Of a stretch of DNA of 25,667 nt, positions 16,333 to 25,652 are shown in pieces; the stretch's first letter is position 1, and each line of letters begins with the position of its first letter. The position numbers were made by a program, and so were the translations under genes. Where the stretch lies: assembly GCA_051382305.1 (NCBI GenBank), contig JBBCAV010000264.1, forward strand, positions 1-25,667, read 5' to 3'. Source of the stretch: Bdellovibrionota bacterium FG-2. Its GTDB lineage: Bacteria; Bdellovibrionota; UBA1018. Under the pieces are notes generated by a model. That model saw only the letters and a list, made by a program, of their open reading frames with translations, searched no databases and had not been told where the DNA came from.

Positions 16333-17661
16333 ATGGAGCGCGACCTTTATCAAAAGCTGGTGGAATGGAAACGCTCACCGCGTAGAAAGCCACTTATTCT
16401 GCAGGGCGCGCGGCAGGTAGGGAAAACGCATTTGCTCGAAACTTTTGGTCGGAAAGAATATGGCGATGTCGCCTATTTTAATTTTGAGGAAAACCCAGCG
16501 CTCGATGATTGTTTTAAAGGGGCGCTCGATCCGGAGGCCATTGTTCAGCGGCTCGCGGCCTACCGGGGACAGAAGATTCTTCCGAAGGAAACGCTGATAT
16601 TCTTTGACGAAATTCAGGAGTCGGGGCGCGCCTTGACCAGTCTCAAATACTTCAATGAAAAAGCTAACCATTATCACTTGGTGGCTGCAGGCTCGCTGCT
16701 AGGAATCAAGCTCTCCTCGGAAAAAACTTTTCCCGTGGGGAAAGTGAATTGCCTACATCTTCATCCGCTTAGTTTTTTTGAGTTCTTGAATGCCATGCAG
16801 AAAGCCAATCTATGGAAAGTTCTCGAAGGCTTGGGCGGCTTGGAACCGCTGCCGGAGCCTTTTCATCAGGAACTTATTGAGTGGCTCCGAATATATTATT
16901 TCTTGGGTGGAATGCCCGAAGTGGTTTGCCATTACGCTGCTCAGAAGGACTTTAATGCGGCCCGAACGATCCAACGCGAAATATTGAATGCCTACTCTCT
17001 GGACTTCGTTAAACATGCCCAGCCCTCTGAAGCCCTGAAGATCAGCCAAATTTGGGAGTCAGTTCCTGGGCAGCTCGCCAAGGAGAATAAGAAGTTCATT
17101 TTTTCGGCGATTGCGCAGAGTGCCCGTGCGCGCGAATATGAAGCTGCAATTCAGTGGCTTAAGGATGCGGGCCTCATTCATCTCTCCTACAATGTTGCCG
17201 TCCCAAAACTGCCACTCGAGGGACATTGCGACAAGAAAGTGTTCAAGGTTTTCTTGTTGGATGTCGGATTATTGGGAGCAATGGTGGGGCTCACATCCAA
17301 AACGATCGTCGAGGGGAGCAAGATTTTTACCGAGTACAAAGGAGCATTTGTCGAGAATTATGTCGCGCAAGAACTGGCCTGTGCGCATGAGCAACCGCTC
17401 TATTATTGGACGAGTCAAGGGACGGCGGAGCTGGATTTTCTAGTCGCGTTCGAAGAGCAGATATTTCCGCTCGAAGCCAAGGCTGGGGTGAGTAAAAAGA
17501 AGAAAAGCTTGATCGAATATGGAAACAAATATTCGCCCAAGCATGCGTCCGAGGTACTGTCGCGGACCTCACTTATGAATTTTAAAAAAGATGGCTCGAT
17601 CTGCAATTACCCGTTGTACGCGGTGCGCTTGTTCCCGAAACCGGGTTGTGGGAGGGCGTAA
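16333..17661 (+). CDS. AAA_14 + DUF4143 ATP-binding protein
   Basis: MERDLY...RKPLILQGARQVGKT, FFDEIQ, AAGSLLG, GGMPE, LLDVGLL, ENYVAQEL, nuclease-like ELDF...PLEAK. ATG 16333 lies 6 nt after TATAAC with no SD (possibly leaderless). Confidence 0.9.
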   Translation: MERDLYQKLVEWKRSPRRKPLILQGARQVGKTHLLETFGRKEYGDVAYFNFEENPALDDCFKGALDPEAIVQRLAAYRGQKILPKETLIFFDEIQESGRALTSLKYFNEKANHYHLVAAGSLLGIKLSSEKTFPVGKVNCLHLHPLSFFEFLNAMQKANLWKVLEGLGGLEPLPEPFHQELIEWLRIYYFLGGMPEVVCHYAAQKDFNAARTIQREILNAYSLDFVKHAQPSEALKISQIWESVPGQLAKENKKFIFSAIAQSARAREYEAAIQWLKDAGLIHLSYNVAVPKLPLEGHCDKKVFKVFLLDVGLLGAMVGLTSKTIVEGSKIFTEYKGAFVENYVAQELACAHEQPLYYWTSQGTAELDFLVAFEEQIFPLEAKAGVSKKKKSLIEYGNKYSPKHASEVLSRTSLMNFKKDGSICNYPLYAVRLFPKPGCGRA

Positions 17662-17728
17662 GGTTCGGCTTGCTCTTGGCTAAGGCTAGGGGTACTATTA
17701 GTCAAATATGGTTAATAGAGGGGGTAGT

Positions 17729-19135
17729 TTGGCACAGTCATTTCATCGTGAGTGCATCGAGGATCTCAAGAGCTGGTTTGCGCTTGCTCGGGGCGAAGCT
17801 AAGCCCCTGCTTTTGCGAGGCGCGAGACAAGTGGGGAAGTCTACGCTTGTCAGGTTGTTCGCAGAATCGCAAAAGCTGCATCTTGTCGAGCTTAATCTTG
17901 AAAAGGAGGCCCGCTTTCGAAAAATCTTCGAGGAAGATAATTTTTCAGATCTTATTCGGGCGCTCGAAATCCAGCTGGGAGTGAATCTTGCGGACAAAAA
18001 GCTTCTCCTGTTTGTGGATGAAATCCAGCGCGTTCCAAAGGCGATCGAAAGTTTGCGTTATTTTTATGAAGATTATCCTGGGGTCAAAGTCGTGGCCGCA
18101 GGCTCCCTACTCGATTTCGCGCTCACTCAAGAAAAGTTATCGATGCCGGTCGGTCGCGTTCAGTATTATTATGTTTCACCTCTTACTTTTTTGGAATTCT
18201 TGGATGCAACCGGTCTTGCGCGGGTGTCGGGATTCTTAAAAAAATATGAATTGGGAATGAGCATTCCGAGCACGGTTCATGACACGTGCTTGAAAAGTTT
18301 GAGGGAGTATTTTCTGGTGGGGGGGATGCCAGAGGCCGTACGTTCATGGGTCAAGTATCATGACTTTGAACGAGTGCGGGCCTTGCAACACTCGATCCTG
18401 GATACTTATCGGGATGATTTTACAAAATATGCGTCAGGAAGAGAGTTGGTTCGGATTCAAAGGATATTCGATCAAATTCCCGCGCAGGTCGGGAAAAAAG
18501 TAAAGTACTCCGCCTTGGACCCTCTTACCCATGCCCGCGATTTGCGACATGCTCTCGATAGCTTGGCAAAAGCGCGCGTTTTGCGGAAAGTGCACTACAG
18601 TTCTTGCGTATCCTTACCTCTTCACGCTGGAAGTGAAGAACTTGTTTATAAACTTTATGCGCTTGATGTCGGTTTGATGAATGTTGTTCTCGGCGTGGAT
18701 CTACCTCAACTTGAGCGGGCGCGGGGAGAGGGCTTGCTTGATTTGGGTGCAATGGCCGAGCAAGTGGTGTTTCAGAATTTACTCGCTTCTTCGCGGGCGC
18801 AGGATTTGCCCTTAGTTTACTGGCTCCGCGAAGCGAGACAAGCCAACGCGAAACTCGATTTCGTCATGGCCCTCGGCGCAGAGATTATCCCCATTGAAGT
18901 AAAGTCAGGCAAGAGTGGGTCTTTGAAAAGTTTGCATCAATTTATTGCGGCGAAGAAGTGTCGGCGTGCGCTTAGATTTGATCTCAATCAGCCTGCCTCG
19001 GTTCATGTAAAACACGATGTGGTCACGCCAAATGGGGTTCAAGCTGTCGAATTTGAATTACTGAGTTTGCCTCTCTATTTGAGTTCAGAGGCACGAAGGA
19101 TCGCCCTCTCTTCGAAGGGCGGGCGGGCGTCCTGA
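17729..19135 (+). CDS. AAA_14 + DUF4143 ATP-binding protein (second paralog)
   Basis: KPLLLRGARQVGKS, FVDEIQ, AAGSLL, GGMPE, LDVGL, KLDF...PIEVKSG; TTG 17729 follows GAGGGG (ATG 17708 is the alternative). Confidence 0.9.
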   Translation: MAQSFHRECIEDLKSWFALARGEAKPLLLRGARQVGKSTLVRLFAESQKLHLVELNLEKEARFRKIFEEDNFSDLIRALEIQLGVNLADKKLLLFVDEIQRVPKAIESLRYFYEDYPGVKVVAAGSLLDFALTQEKLSMPVGRVQYYYVSPLTFLEFLDATGLARVSGFLKKYELGMSIPSTVHDTCLKSLREYFLVGGMPEAVRSWVKYHDFERVRALQHSILDTYRDDFTKYASGRELVRIQRIFDQIPAQVGKKVKYSALDPLTHARDLRHALDSLAKARVLRKVHYSSCVSLPLHAGSEELVYKLYALDVGLMNVVLGVDLPQLERARGEGLLDLGAMAEQVVFQNLLASSRAQDLPLVYWLREARQANAKLDFVMALGAEIIPIEVKSGKSGSLKSLHQFIAAKKCRRALRFDLNQPASVHVKHDVVTPNGVQAVEFELLSLPLYLSSEARRIALSSKGGRAS

Positions 19136-19189
19136 TTGTTACGGTGCGACAACAATGTTTCGGCTTACCCCGCGTCGTTTAGGACACAG

Positions 19190-19217
19190 TTGGCATTAGG
19201 GACGGGTGTGCTAGAAT
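19190..19217 (+). promoter_or_regulatory. Putative sigma70 promoter of the pilin/beta-helix operon
   Basis: TTGGCA (19190-19195), 16 nt, TAGAAT (19212-19217) preceded by TGn (extended -10), 19 nt before GTG 19237. Confidence 0.45.
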
Positions 19218-19236
19218 CAGAGTACGTGGGGGTACT

Positions 19237-21240
19237 GTGAAATCAAGTAAGGGGTTTACGCTCGTTGAACTCATGATTGCCTTGGGTGTTGGGTCGGTTG
19301 CTTTATTGGCTACGACGAGTCTCACGCTCAATTTGCAGAAGACGATGCTGAGCGCTCAGAGCTTATCGGATTGGAACGAACTCGATAATCTAATCGCTTT
19401 GCGACTCAGAGTGCCTGAAACGCCTAGCTCACCTAGTGGCTGCACGGACCTCCTGGCAGCTACTTCCGCTATGACGGTCCAAATGTGGGCGCCCGACGTC
19501 ACATCTGGTCCTACAAATAAGTCCCTGGATATTAGTAGCCAAGGCATTAAACTCGGTCCCAGTACTATTCTCAAGAAAGACAGTATGTATGGGACTGGCC
19601 TGAAAATCTCCGATCTTAAGCTGACATGGACTTCTGGTGCAGCGACCACTCAACCCAATACCTACTTCATGGCGCTTTCTATAAGCGCAGATAAAATCGC
19701 AAATCGGAATATCGGGAGCGCGACCCTTACGAAGACGTATGGTTTGAGTTTCTTCTCAGATCGAACAAGTCCTTCATGCAATGTGCCTCAAAAAAAGTCG
19801 GTTGTGGGACCCTTTTTTGTTATTGCCCAGCAGGCGCCATACCACTGTCGTGCATCCACGGGGGTTGAACTCAAAGGTTGTTTAACAGGAACCAATCCGT
19901 TTGATCCAACTGGGCCAACGTTCAGTACGGGGCAAACGGCCTTGATCAAGCAAGGGATATATACGGATGTTGAGGATGTGAGTCTCCTAAGCAACGTTCG
20001 TGTGTTGGGTGAGCCGGGAACGGTACTGCAAAATTCGAACAACAATCCGATAGTTGTTGTTCAAGACAAAAGTTCGATTGAAGGCATTACTTTTGACCTC
20101 AGCAATAATACTAACGCCGGTTCTGTCGCTGTTAAATTACAAGGAAACGACACTCGGATTTCTAAATGTATTTTTAAAAGTACAAGTACCTCGACTGGGC
20201 ACGGCGCAATTTGGACCGATCAAGCAGGAGGTATTCATGTCCGAATTAACGGAAATACAATTGGCACTAAGGGGGTACCCTTTATTTCTACGAATACAGT
20301 TTCTGGAATTACTGTAGCGGGTGGGGCTGTCGCAAACCTAGATATTATCGAGAATGACATTAATGTGAGTGGAAATATCATTGGGGCGAGTACCGCGCAA
20401 ACCAGTGCAATTGACATTGATAGTAGTGCGGCTGTGGATACCATAAGAATCTCTGGAAATTCACTTTCGGGATTTAATGGGGTTACTCTCGGAATGAGTG
20501 AGCCTGAAAAAAATCGTGCTGTTATTGTCTCCAATAACTCCATTTCTGTCACTGGGGGGGGGGTCAGTTTTACTTCCAAACCTAGTAGTCGCGCGAGCGT
20601 TTCCGGCAATGTAGTTTCATGTGACCCCAAGACCTCCTTTGAAGGAATTAGGGTGAGTACGAATAGCTTTGCGCAAGCCGGGGCGCCTGCTCTTTTTCAC
20701 AACACTCTTCATAATTGCCGGACGGGGATTTCTTCTGGTGCATCGTTAACGATGGCCATTGGAAATTCGGTTGACTTTAACAACGTGTCTTCAGAAGACA
20801 CCACCGGTATTTACGTTAATAATGATGGGATCATTGCTCATAATCAAATTAAGCGAGCGCAATCCGGAATTTATCTCTTAAAGCCATCAGCGGGAAGCGT
20901 CGTAGCTTTTAATGAAGTATTCAATCTAGCAGAGACAGGCGCATCAGCGGCGATTAGTCGCGCTGCAGCTGGAAATAATCCGACCTGTGGTTGGCCGACT
21001 GGTGTCGGGATATACAGATCCGTCGCGCTGTGTGTTCAGCAACTCACGGCGGGAGTAGTGGTAAGTCAAAACGTATTTACGAATTACAATTACGGCATTC
21101 GGGAAGCCTCTGTTCCTACAGTACTTACTTGGGCAGGAAAACTTAAATTCAATCAAAACATCGTGACAACAGGCACGAGCCGGCGTAGCCAGCAAGACAA
21201 TTCAATTGTCTATTTCAGCTCCGCGGCGGACTCGTTATGA
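19237..21240 (+). CDS. Type IV prepilin-like protein fused to a right-handed beta-helix domain (paralog 1, 667 aa)
   Basis: [12 protein letters not shown] class III signal; from ~aa 230 GQTALIKQGIY...NVRVLGEPGTVL...IEGITFD and repeated I.GN.I/V.NN.I beta-helix rungs. Confidence 0.82.
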   Translation: MKSSKGFTLVELMIALGVGSVALLATTSLTLNLQKTMLSAQSLSDWNELDNLIALRLRVPETPSSPSGCTDLLAATSAMTVQMWAPDVTSGPTNKSLDISSQGIKLGPSTILKKDSMYGTGLKISDLKLTWTSGAATTQPNTYFMALSISADKIANRNIGSATLTKTYGLSFFSDRTSPSCNVPQKKSVVGPFFVIAQQAPYHCRASTGVELKGCLTGTNPFDPTGPTFSTGQTALIKQGIYTDVEDVSLLSNVRVLGEPGTVLQNSNNNPIVVVQDKSSIEGITFDLSNNTNAGSVAVKLQGNDTRISKCIFKSTSTSTGHGAIWTDQAGGIHVRINGNTIGTKGVPFISTNTVSGITVAGGAVANLDIIENDINVSGNIIGASTAQTSAIDIDSSAAVDTIRISGNSLSGFNGVTLGMSEPEKNRAVIVSNNSISVTGGGVSFTSKPSSRASVSGNVVSCDPKTSFEGIRVSTNSFAQAGAPALFHNTLHNCRTGISSGASLTMAIGNSVDFNNVSSEDTTGIYVNNDGIIAHNQIKRAQSGIYLLKPSAGSVVAFNEVFNLAETGASAAISRAAAGNNPTCGWPTGVGIYRSVALCVQQLTAGVVVSQNVFTNYNYGIREASVPTVLTWAGKLKFNQNIVTTGTSRRSQQDNSIVYFSSAADSL

Positions 21241-23207
21241 AAACGGATAAAGGTTTTTCGCTCATTGAGCTCATGATGGTGGTGGCCCTGATGTCGGTCG
21301 TGGGGCTCGCAATTGCTAATATCGCAATTGACATGCAAAAAGCTTCTTCAAGTGTCGCAGCTTCTTCTGACTGGAACACCTTGGTGAACCAGATCGAGCT
21401 TCGCCTTCGAGAACCGGGCGGGTGTTCAGATCTACTGCAAAAAACCAGCGTGAAAACTGCTGGATGGAAGCCCGATCCTAACAGTGGTTCCCCGACTCTG
21501 GATATCGGGACGTCCCTGGGGCTCGTACTTCATGGCAATGTCCCTCTTTTGAAGAATGGCATAACTTACGGAAATAGTCTTACCGTCAGCGATATTCACA
21601 TCGGATGGGATTCAAGCACGAAGCTTAGCGATTCGTCTTACTTTGTAACGCTATTTGTTTCCGCTCAGAAGAAAGCCACGGCCAGCTTGGGGGGGCAGAC
21701 CCTCACCAAGGTGTTTGGGCTTACGGTCTTTTCAAGTTCGACTGATAATACGTGCAATGCGGCTCAGCAGAGCTCTCTGCCGTTTGTGGTCATCGCAGAT
21801 GACCCGACCGCTAGTTGTCATGCGGGGAACGGCGTCCAACTCAAGGCTTGCTTGGAGGCACTAAGCTCTGGTCAAACTGCGTTTATAAAAAGTGGTTCCT
21901 ATAATGGAGTGGAGGGAGTGAATATCCCTAGCGGGGTTAGGGTAATGGGGGAACAGGGTACGGTGCTCAGTAACCCAAATCAGACTCCGTGTAACACGCT
22001 TGATACGCCCCCTCTCTTCAATCTCAGCGGCGACAATGTCATCGAAAACATCACTTTTGATTTGGGTGACAACCCTTGCAGTTTTTCTACAGCAATTAAG
22101 TTGCTTGGGTCCAATGTGCAAGTTTTGCATTCTCGCTTTCTTAATGGAGGAGGCGCCGCGGTGACTCATTTTGGAATTAGGTCGGACTCAAACATAAAAA
22201 ATATCCAAATCATGGAGAACAGTTTTGGGGAGGATGCGAGTGCGTTTAAAGTGACGTTATTGGGGTCAGCGATGCTTTTTTCAGGGGTTTCTGGAAGAGT
22301 AGTCATCAAAGACAATCGCATGATCTTAACTCCATTTGCTGCAACTGTTGGCATCTCTGTTGACTTGGGCGCCTCTGATTCGACCTACAGTAGTCACTTG
22401 GAAATCTCTCGAAACCATATTTCAAATTCCAGTAATGCGATTTATGTTTCGGGCGACGTGCCTTCTGGAACTCCTGCTCCTCAAGTGAGCATCCGTGAAA
22501 ACTATATTCTTGCCGCAGGACCTACGGGTGCAATGGGCATCGATTATACGTCAACGAATAGCCGAGGGAAGATTCAAGGAAACTTTGTCACGTGCAATGC
22601 AGTGACAAACAAAACCGGGACAGGGATCGACACGACGGGAATAGGCGCGAGCGGGAATGCCCCCGATATCATTCAAAATACGATTGTGAATTGCCAAAAT
22701 GCAATCAAAGCAAGTGGCAAGTACCCTTTGATTTCGGAAAATACGATTGATTACGAAAACGCCGCCGCGAACCTTGTTACAGGCACGATCGGCATCAAAT
22801 CTAGTGTCTGTGGGATTGTTTCAAATAATCAGATAAAACGAGCGCAAATGGGAGCTTCTTTAAGTTGTGCTAATAATCAGTTGGGTATCTTTACCGGCAA
22901 TTATGTCGCAAATATTGCCCAGGCAAATGGGGTCACTCAGACGATGAACGCGGCCGCAAGTGTCGGTGCCACGGCATGTTCCACAGGGGTTTCTGAAACA
23001 GTCGCTGTTTGCGTTAAGTCGCCCATGTATCCGATGATCGTGGATCAAAACATCATTGCTGGAACTTATACTAAGCGCATTTTTGTAGCAGGAACGGGAG
23101 GGGCGGCCGGTGTTATTCGCTCTCGGTTTAACCCCGGCGCCAGTGGGGGTTACACACAGGAACAGGCATCTCCAAATGTATTTAGTTCTGTTTCAGATGT
23201 TCCCTAG
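21237..23207 (+). CDS. Type IV prepilin-like protein fused to a right-handed beta-helix domain (paralog 2, 656 aa)
   Basis: KG/FSLIELMMVV; GQTAFIKSGSY...GVRVMGEQGTVL...IENITFD; beta-helix rungs; ATGA overlap with paralog 1. Confidence 0.82.
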   Translation: MKTDKGFSLIELMMVVALMSVVGLAIANIAIDMQKASSSVAASSDWNTLVNQIELRLREPGGCSDLLQKTSVKTAGWKPDPNSGSPTLDIGTSLGLVLHGNVPLLKNGITYGNSLTVSDIHIGWDSSTKLSDSSYFVTLFVSAQKKATASLGGQTLTKVFGLTVFSSSTDNTCNAAQQSSLPFVVIADDPTASCHAGNGVQLKACLEALSSGQTAFIKSGSYNGVEGVNIPSGVRVMGEQGTVLSNPNQTPCNTLDTPPLFNLSGDNVIENITFDLGDNPCSFSTAIKLLGSNVQVLHSRFLNGGGAAVTHFGIRSDSNIKNIQIMENSFGEDASAFKVTLLGSAMLFSGVSGRVVIKDNRMILTPFAATVGISVDLGASDSTYSSHLEISRNHISNSSNAIYVSGDVPSGTPAPQVSIRENYILAAGPTGAMGIDYTSTNSRGKIQGNFVTCNAVTNKTGTGIDTTGIGASGNAPDIIQNTIVNCQNAIKASGKYPLISENTIDYENAAANLVTGTIGIKSSVCGIVSNNQIKRAQMGASLSCANNQLGIFTGNYVANIAQANGVTQTMNAAASVGATACSTGVSETVAVCVKSPMYPMIVDQNIIAGTYTKRIFVAGTGGAAGVIRSRFNPGASGGYTQEQASPNVFSSVSDVP

Positions 23208-23222
23208 GAGAGAGGAGTTATA

Positions 23223-25157
23223 GTGAAATCTAAAGGCTTTTCGCTCATCGGGATCATGGTTTTAATGGCGGTTTCGAGTGTTGTCTTGTTAGCGCTGACT
23301 AGCTTGAAGAGCAATATGCTCAAGACTGTAACGAACAGCCGTCTTTCCGCTGATTGGAGTGACCTTGACCAGCGCATTCGTCTCCGATTGAAATTTCCAG
23401 ATGGCTGCTCTAGTTTGCTTGCCGGCACCACGCCCTTGACGGCGGGCTGGAAACCTACCACGTCTGCGGGGACGCAATCGCTCAATACCGAAGGCATTGT
23501 CGTGGACCCGGGATCCAGTGCCCTTAAACTGAACAGCCTTTATCGTCCAGGCCTAGTAATTTCGGACGTTCAGCTGAATTGGGCCGCTAACCCTCTTCAG
23601 AAGGATGGATCCTATCTGGCGAAGCTATTGATCACGGCTCAAAAAGGCGCAGGTTCTGGAGTAGGATCTATGATCCTATCGCAATCATATGATCTCTATC
23701 TCATTCCAGGTGACACGGATATGTCAAATACCTGCTCCCCAGTTCAAACTGAAGTTTCGCCCTACGTGATCATTGCTCAGGATGCCCAGGCTGATTGTCC
23801 CGCTACAATCGCAAATGACATTCAAAAATGTTTTGATAGTCCGAAGCTGAAAAGAGGGGGCACTGCTTTTATTAGGCAACAAACCTATTTAGGCGATACT
23901 TCGAGTCCGACCTGGATGACCGTGCCAGCGAATGTCCATGTTATCGGCGAAAACGGTACGGTTTTGAAAGGATTAGTTCTTCAGCTTTCCAATCAAGTGG
24001 TTGTTGAAAATATTACGTTTGATCAAGCTTATGTTTTAATTAAGGGAAACAACATCTTGATCACAAAATCAATGTTCAGGCGTACCGATTCGAGTGGTTC
24101 TATCTTTACGGGAATTTCTCAGACCGACGACACATACTCAAATCTTCGGATTATTGAAAACTCGTTTGGAGATGAAGCCAGCCCATATACCGCAAAGGCT
24201 TCTGTGTTAACCAGTCTCTCCGTCAAAGCTGACAGTCTTGAAATTGTGGGCAATCGCTATATTTTTTCACTCGTTGCTCCAGGGGGGGGCTACACCGACC
24301 CCACAGCAATAGCGCTTGCATTGGGTGCTGGATCGCCAAAGATAAGAGTGGCTCAGAATTATATTTGGGGCGCAGCGACGGGTATAAAAATCGTCGCAAC
24401 AACTGGCTCTTCGGCAACATTGAACATGAGTGAAAATAAGATTTTATCTGCGGGGGGTCCGAATACGGGGGGAGGCGCGCAGGGCATTCTTTGTAAGCTT
24501 TCAGGATCTCAGGTGCAAATATCTAACAATCAGATTTGGTGCAATAATTTTTCTCAAAATCTAACCTCTGGGACCGTTCAACAAGCTGGGATTGAAGTAG
24601 TGCCAATCGCGAGTGGAGTTTCCTCAATAGTTGAAGTTGATAAGAACACAGTGAGTAATTGTCATGCGGGGATCAAAACATTTATGCCGGCGGTCGTGAC
24701 GGATAACTTGATCGATTTTTATAACATAGTAGGAAAGACAATGTACAACGAAGCGGGGATCGTTGCCGTTGGCGGCGTAGTTTCAAGAAATCAAATCAGT
24801 CGTGCAGGAACCGGCATTTACCTCCCCGGTGCAGCCAATAGGTCAATGATGGTGACGGCTAATCAAATTATGAATCAGGCTTCTGGATCCTTTGCTGCGG
24901 CAACAGATACAAACGGATATCAATGTCCGATGGTTGGGACAGAAACAACGGCCATTTGTGTAGGAAATGTCGGTAGTCCCGTGATCATTTCTCATAATTC
25001 GATGAGTGGTTATAAGAATGGAATTTATGTCAAACGCCTCATGACTGATCCGGTGGGTGACGTTAGGGTTGATTGGAATCTTATGGATTCATCAGTCATA
25101 AACCTGTACCCATTTGCATTATCAAACAACCCCTATTCTAATGCTACTGACCTGTGA
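23223..25157 (+). CDS. Type IV prepilin-like protein fused to a right-handed beta-helix domain (paralog 3, 644 aa, Gly at +5)
   Basis: KG/FSLIGIMVLM; GGTAFIRQQTY...NVHVIGENGTVL...VENITFD; SD GAGGAG at 23212-23217. Confidence 0.8.
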   Translation: MKSKGFSLIGIMVLMAVSSVVLLALTSLKSNMLKTVTNSRLSADWSDLDQRIRLRLKFPDGCSSLLAGTTPLTAGWKPTTSAGTQSLNTEGIVVDPGSSALKLNSLYRPGLVISDVQLNWAANPLQKDGSYLAKLLITAQKGAGSGVGSMILSQSYDLYLIPGDTDMSNTCSPVQTEVSPYVIIAQDAQADCPATIANDIQKCFDSPKLKRGGTAFIRQQTYLGDTSSPTWMTVPANVHVIGENGTVLKGLVLQLSNQVVVENITFDQAYVLIKGNNILITKSMFRRTDSSGSIFTGISQTDDTYSNLRIIENSFGDEASPYTAKASVLTSLSVKADSLEIVGNRYIFSLVAPGGGYTDPTAIALALGAGSPKIRVAQNYIWGAATGIKIVATTGSSATLNMSENKILSAGGPNTGGGAQGILCKLSGSQVQISNNQIWCNNFSQNLTSGTVQQAGIEVVPIASGVSSIVEVDKNTVSNCHAGIKTFMPAVVTDNLIDFYNIVGKTMYNEAGIVAVGGVVSRNQISRAGTGIYLPGAANRSMMVTANQIMNQASGSFAAATDTNGYQCPMVGTETTAICVGNVGSPVIISHNSMSGYKNGIYVKRLMTDPVGDVRVDWNLMDSSVINLYPFALSNNPYSNATDL

Positions 25158-25160
25158 TCT

Positions 25161-25652
25161 ATGCAAAAACAATCTATTATTGTCACTAAGCATTGCTTCG
25201 TCACTTTTCTCTTTTTGTTTTCTATTGGTCTGCACCAAACCGCGCTCAACACCCGCCTCACTGCCCTCGGCGGAGCCTGGGTCGAAATTCCGCTTTAAAG
25301 AGCCGAAAAATGGAACCCGGACGTGTTCAAAGCCCTGAGCTTTGGACATTGGCTGGCGGCGGCGGATTGGTTATGGATTAAAAGTTTTGCGGACCCTACA
25401 CTAACGCACGTCGCCCCCGGCACGCATCCGGAGCTGTACTATAACCTCGATCTGATCACGGATCTTGATCCCGCGTTTTTTGATCTCTATGTAACGGGCG
25501 CAAACTTGCTTGCCGTGGTTCGAAACGATGGGGCGGGCGCGCGTGACCTCCTTCGTAAAGGGGCGAGTTTTTACCGGGAGCGACTACCCCAAGAGCCCGA
25601 AGCGATTCAACGTTGTCCTGTCCGGGCTCGTTCGACAGTAAATGCGCAATAA
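25161..25652 (+). pseudogene. PilG/XapA-like pilus-associated membrane protein, in-frame TAA and probable 3' truncation
   Basis: MQKQSIIVTKHCFVTFLFLFSIGLH...EIPL, TAA at 25296-25298, then the same frame RAEKWNPDVFKALSFGHWLAAADWLWIK...LYYNLDLITDLDPAFFDLY, resembling the AD.(Y/L)W...LD..T.LDP.F motif of proteins in deltaproteobacterial pilA clusters. Confidence 0.55.

Noticed and set aside
19237-25157. Diversity-generating retroelement or shufflon acting on the pilin paralogs
   Set aside because: No reverse transcriptase, no near-identical TR/VR pair, no inverted cassettes; paralogs are divergent throughout and co-oriented.
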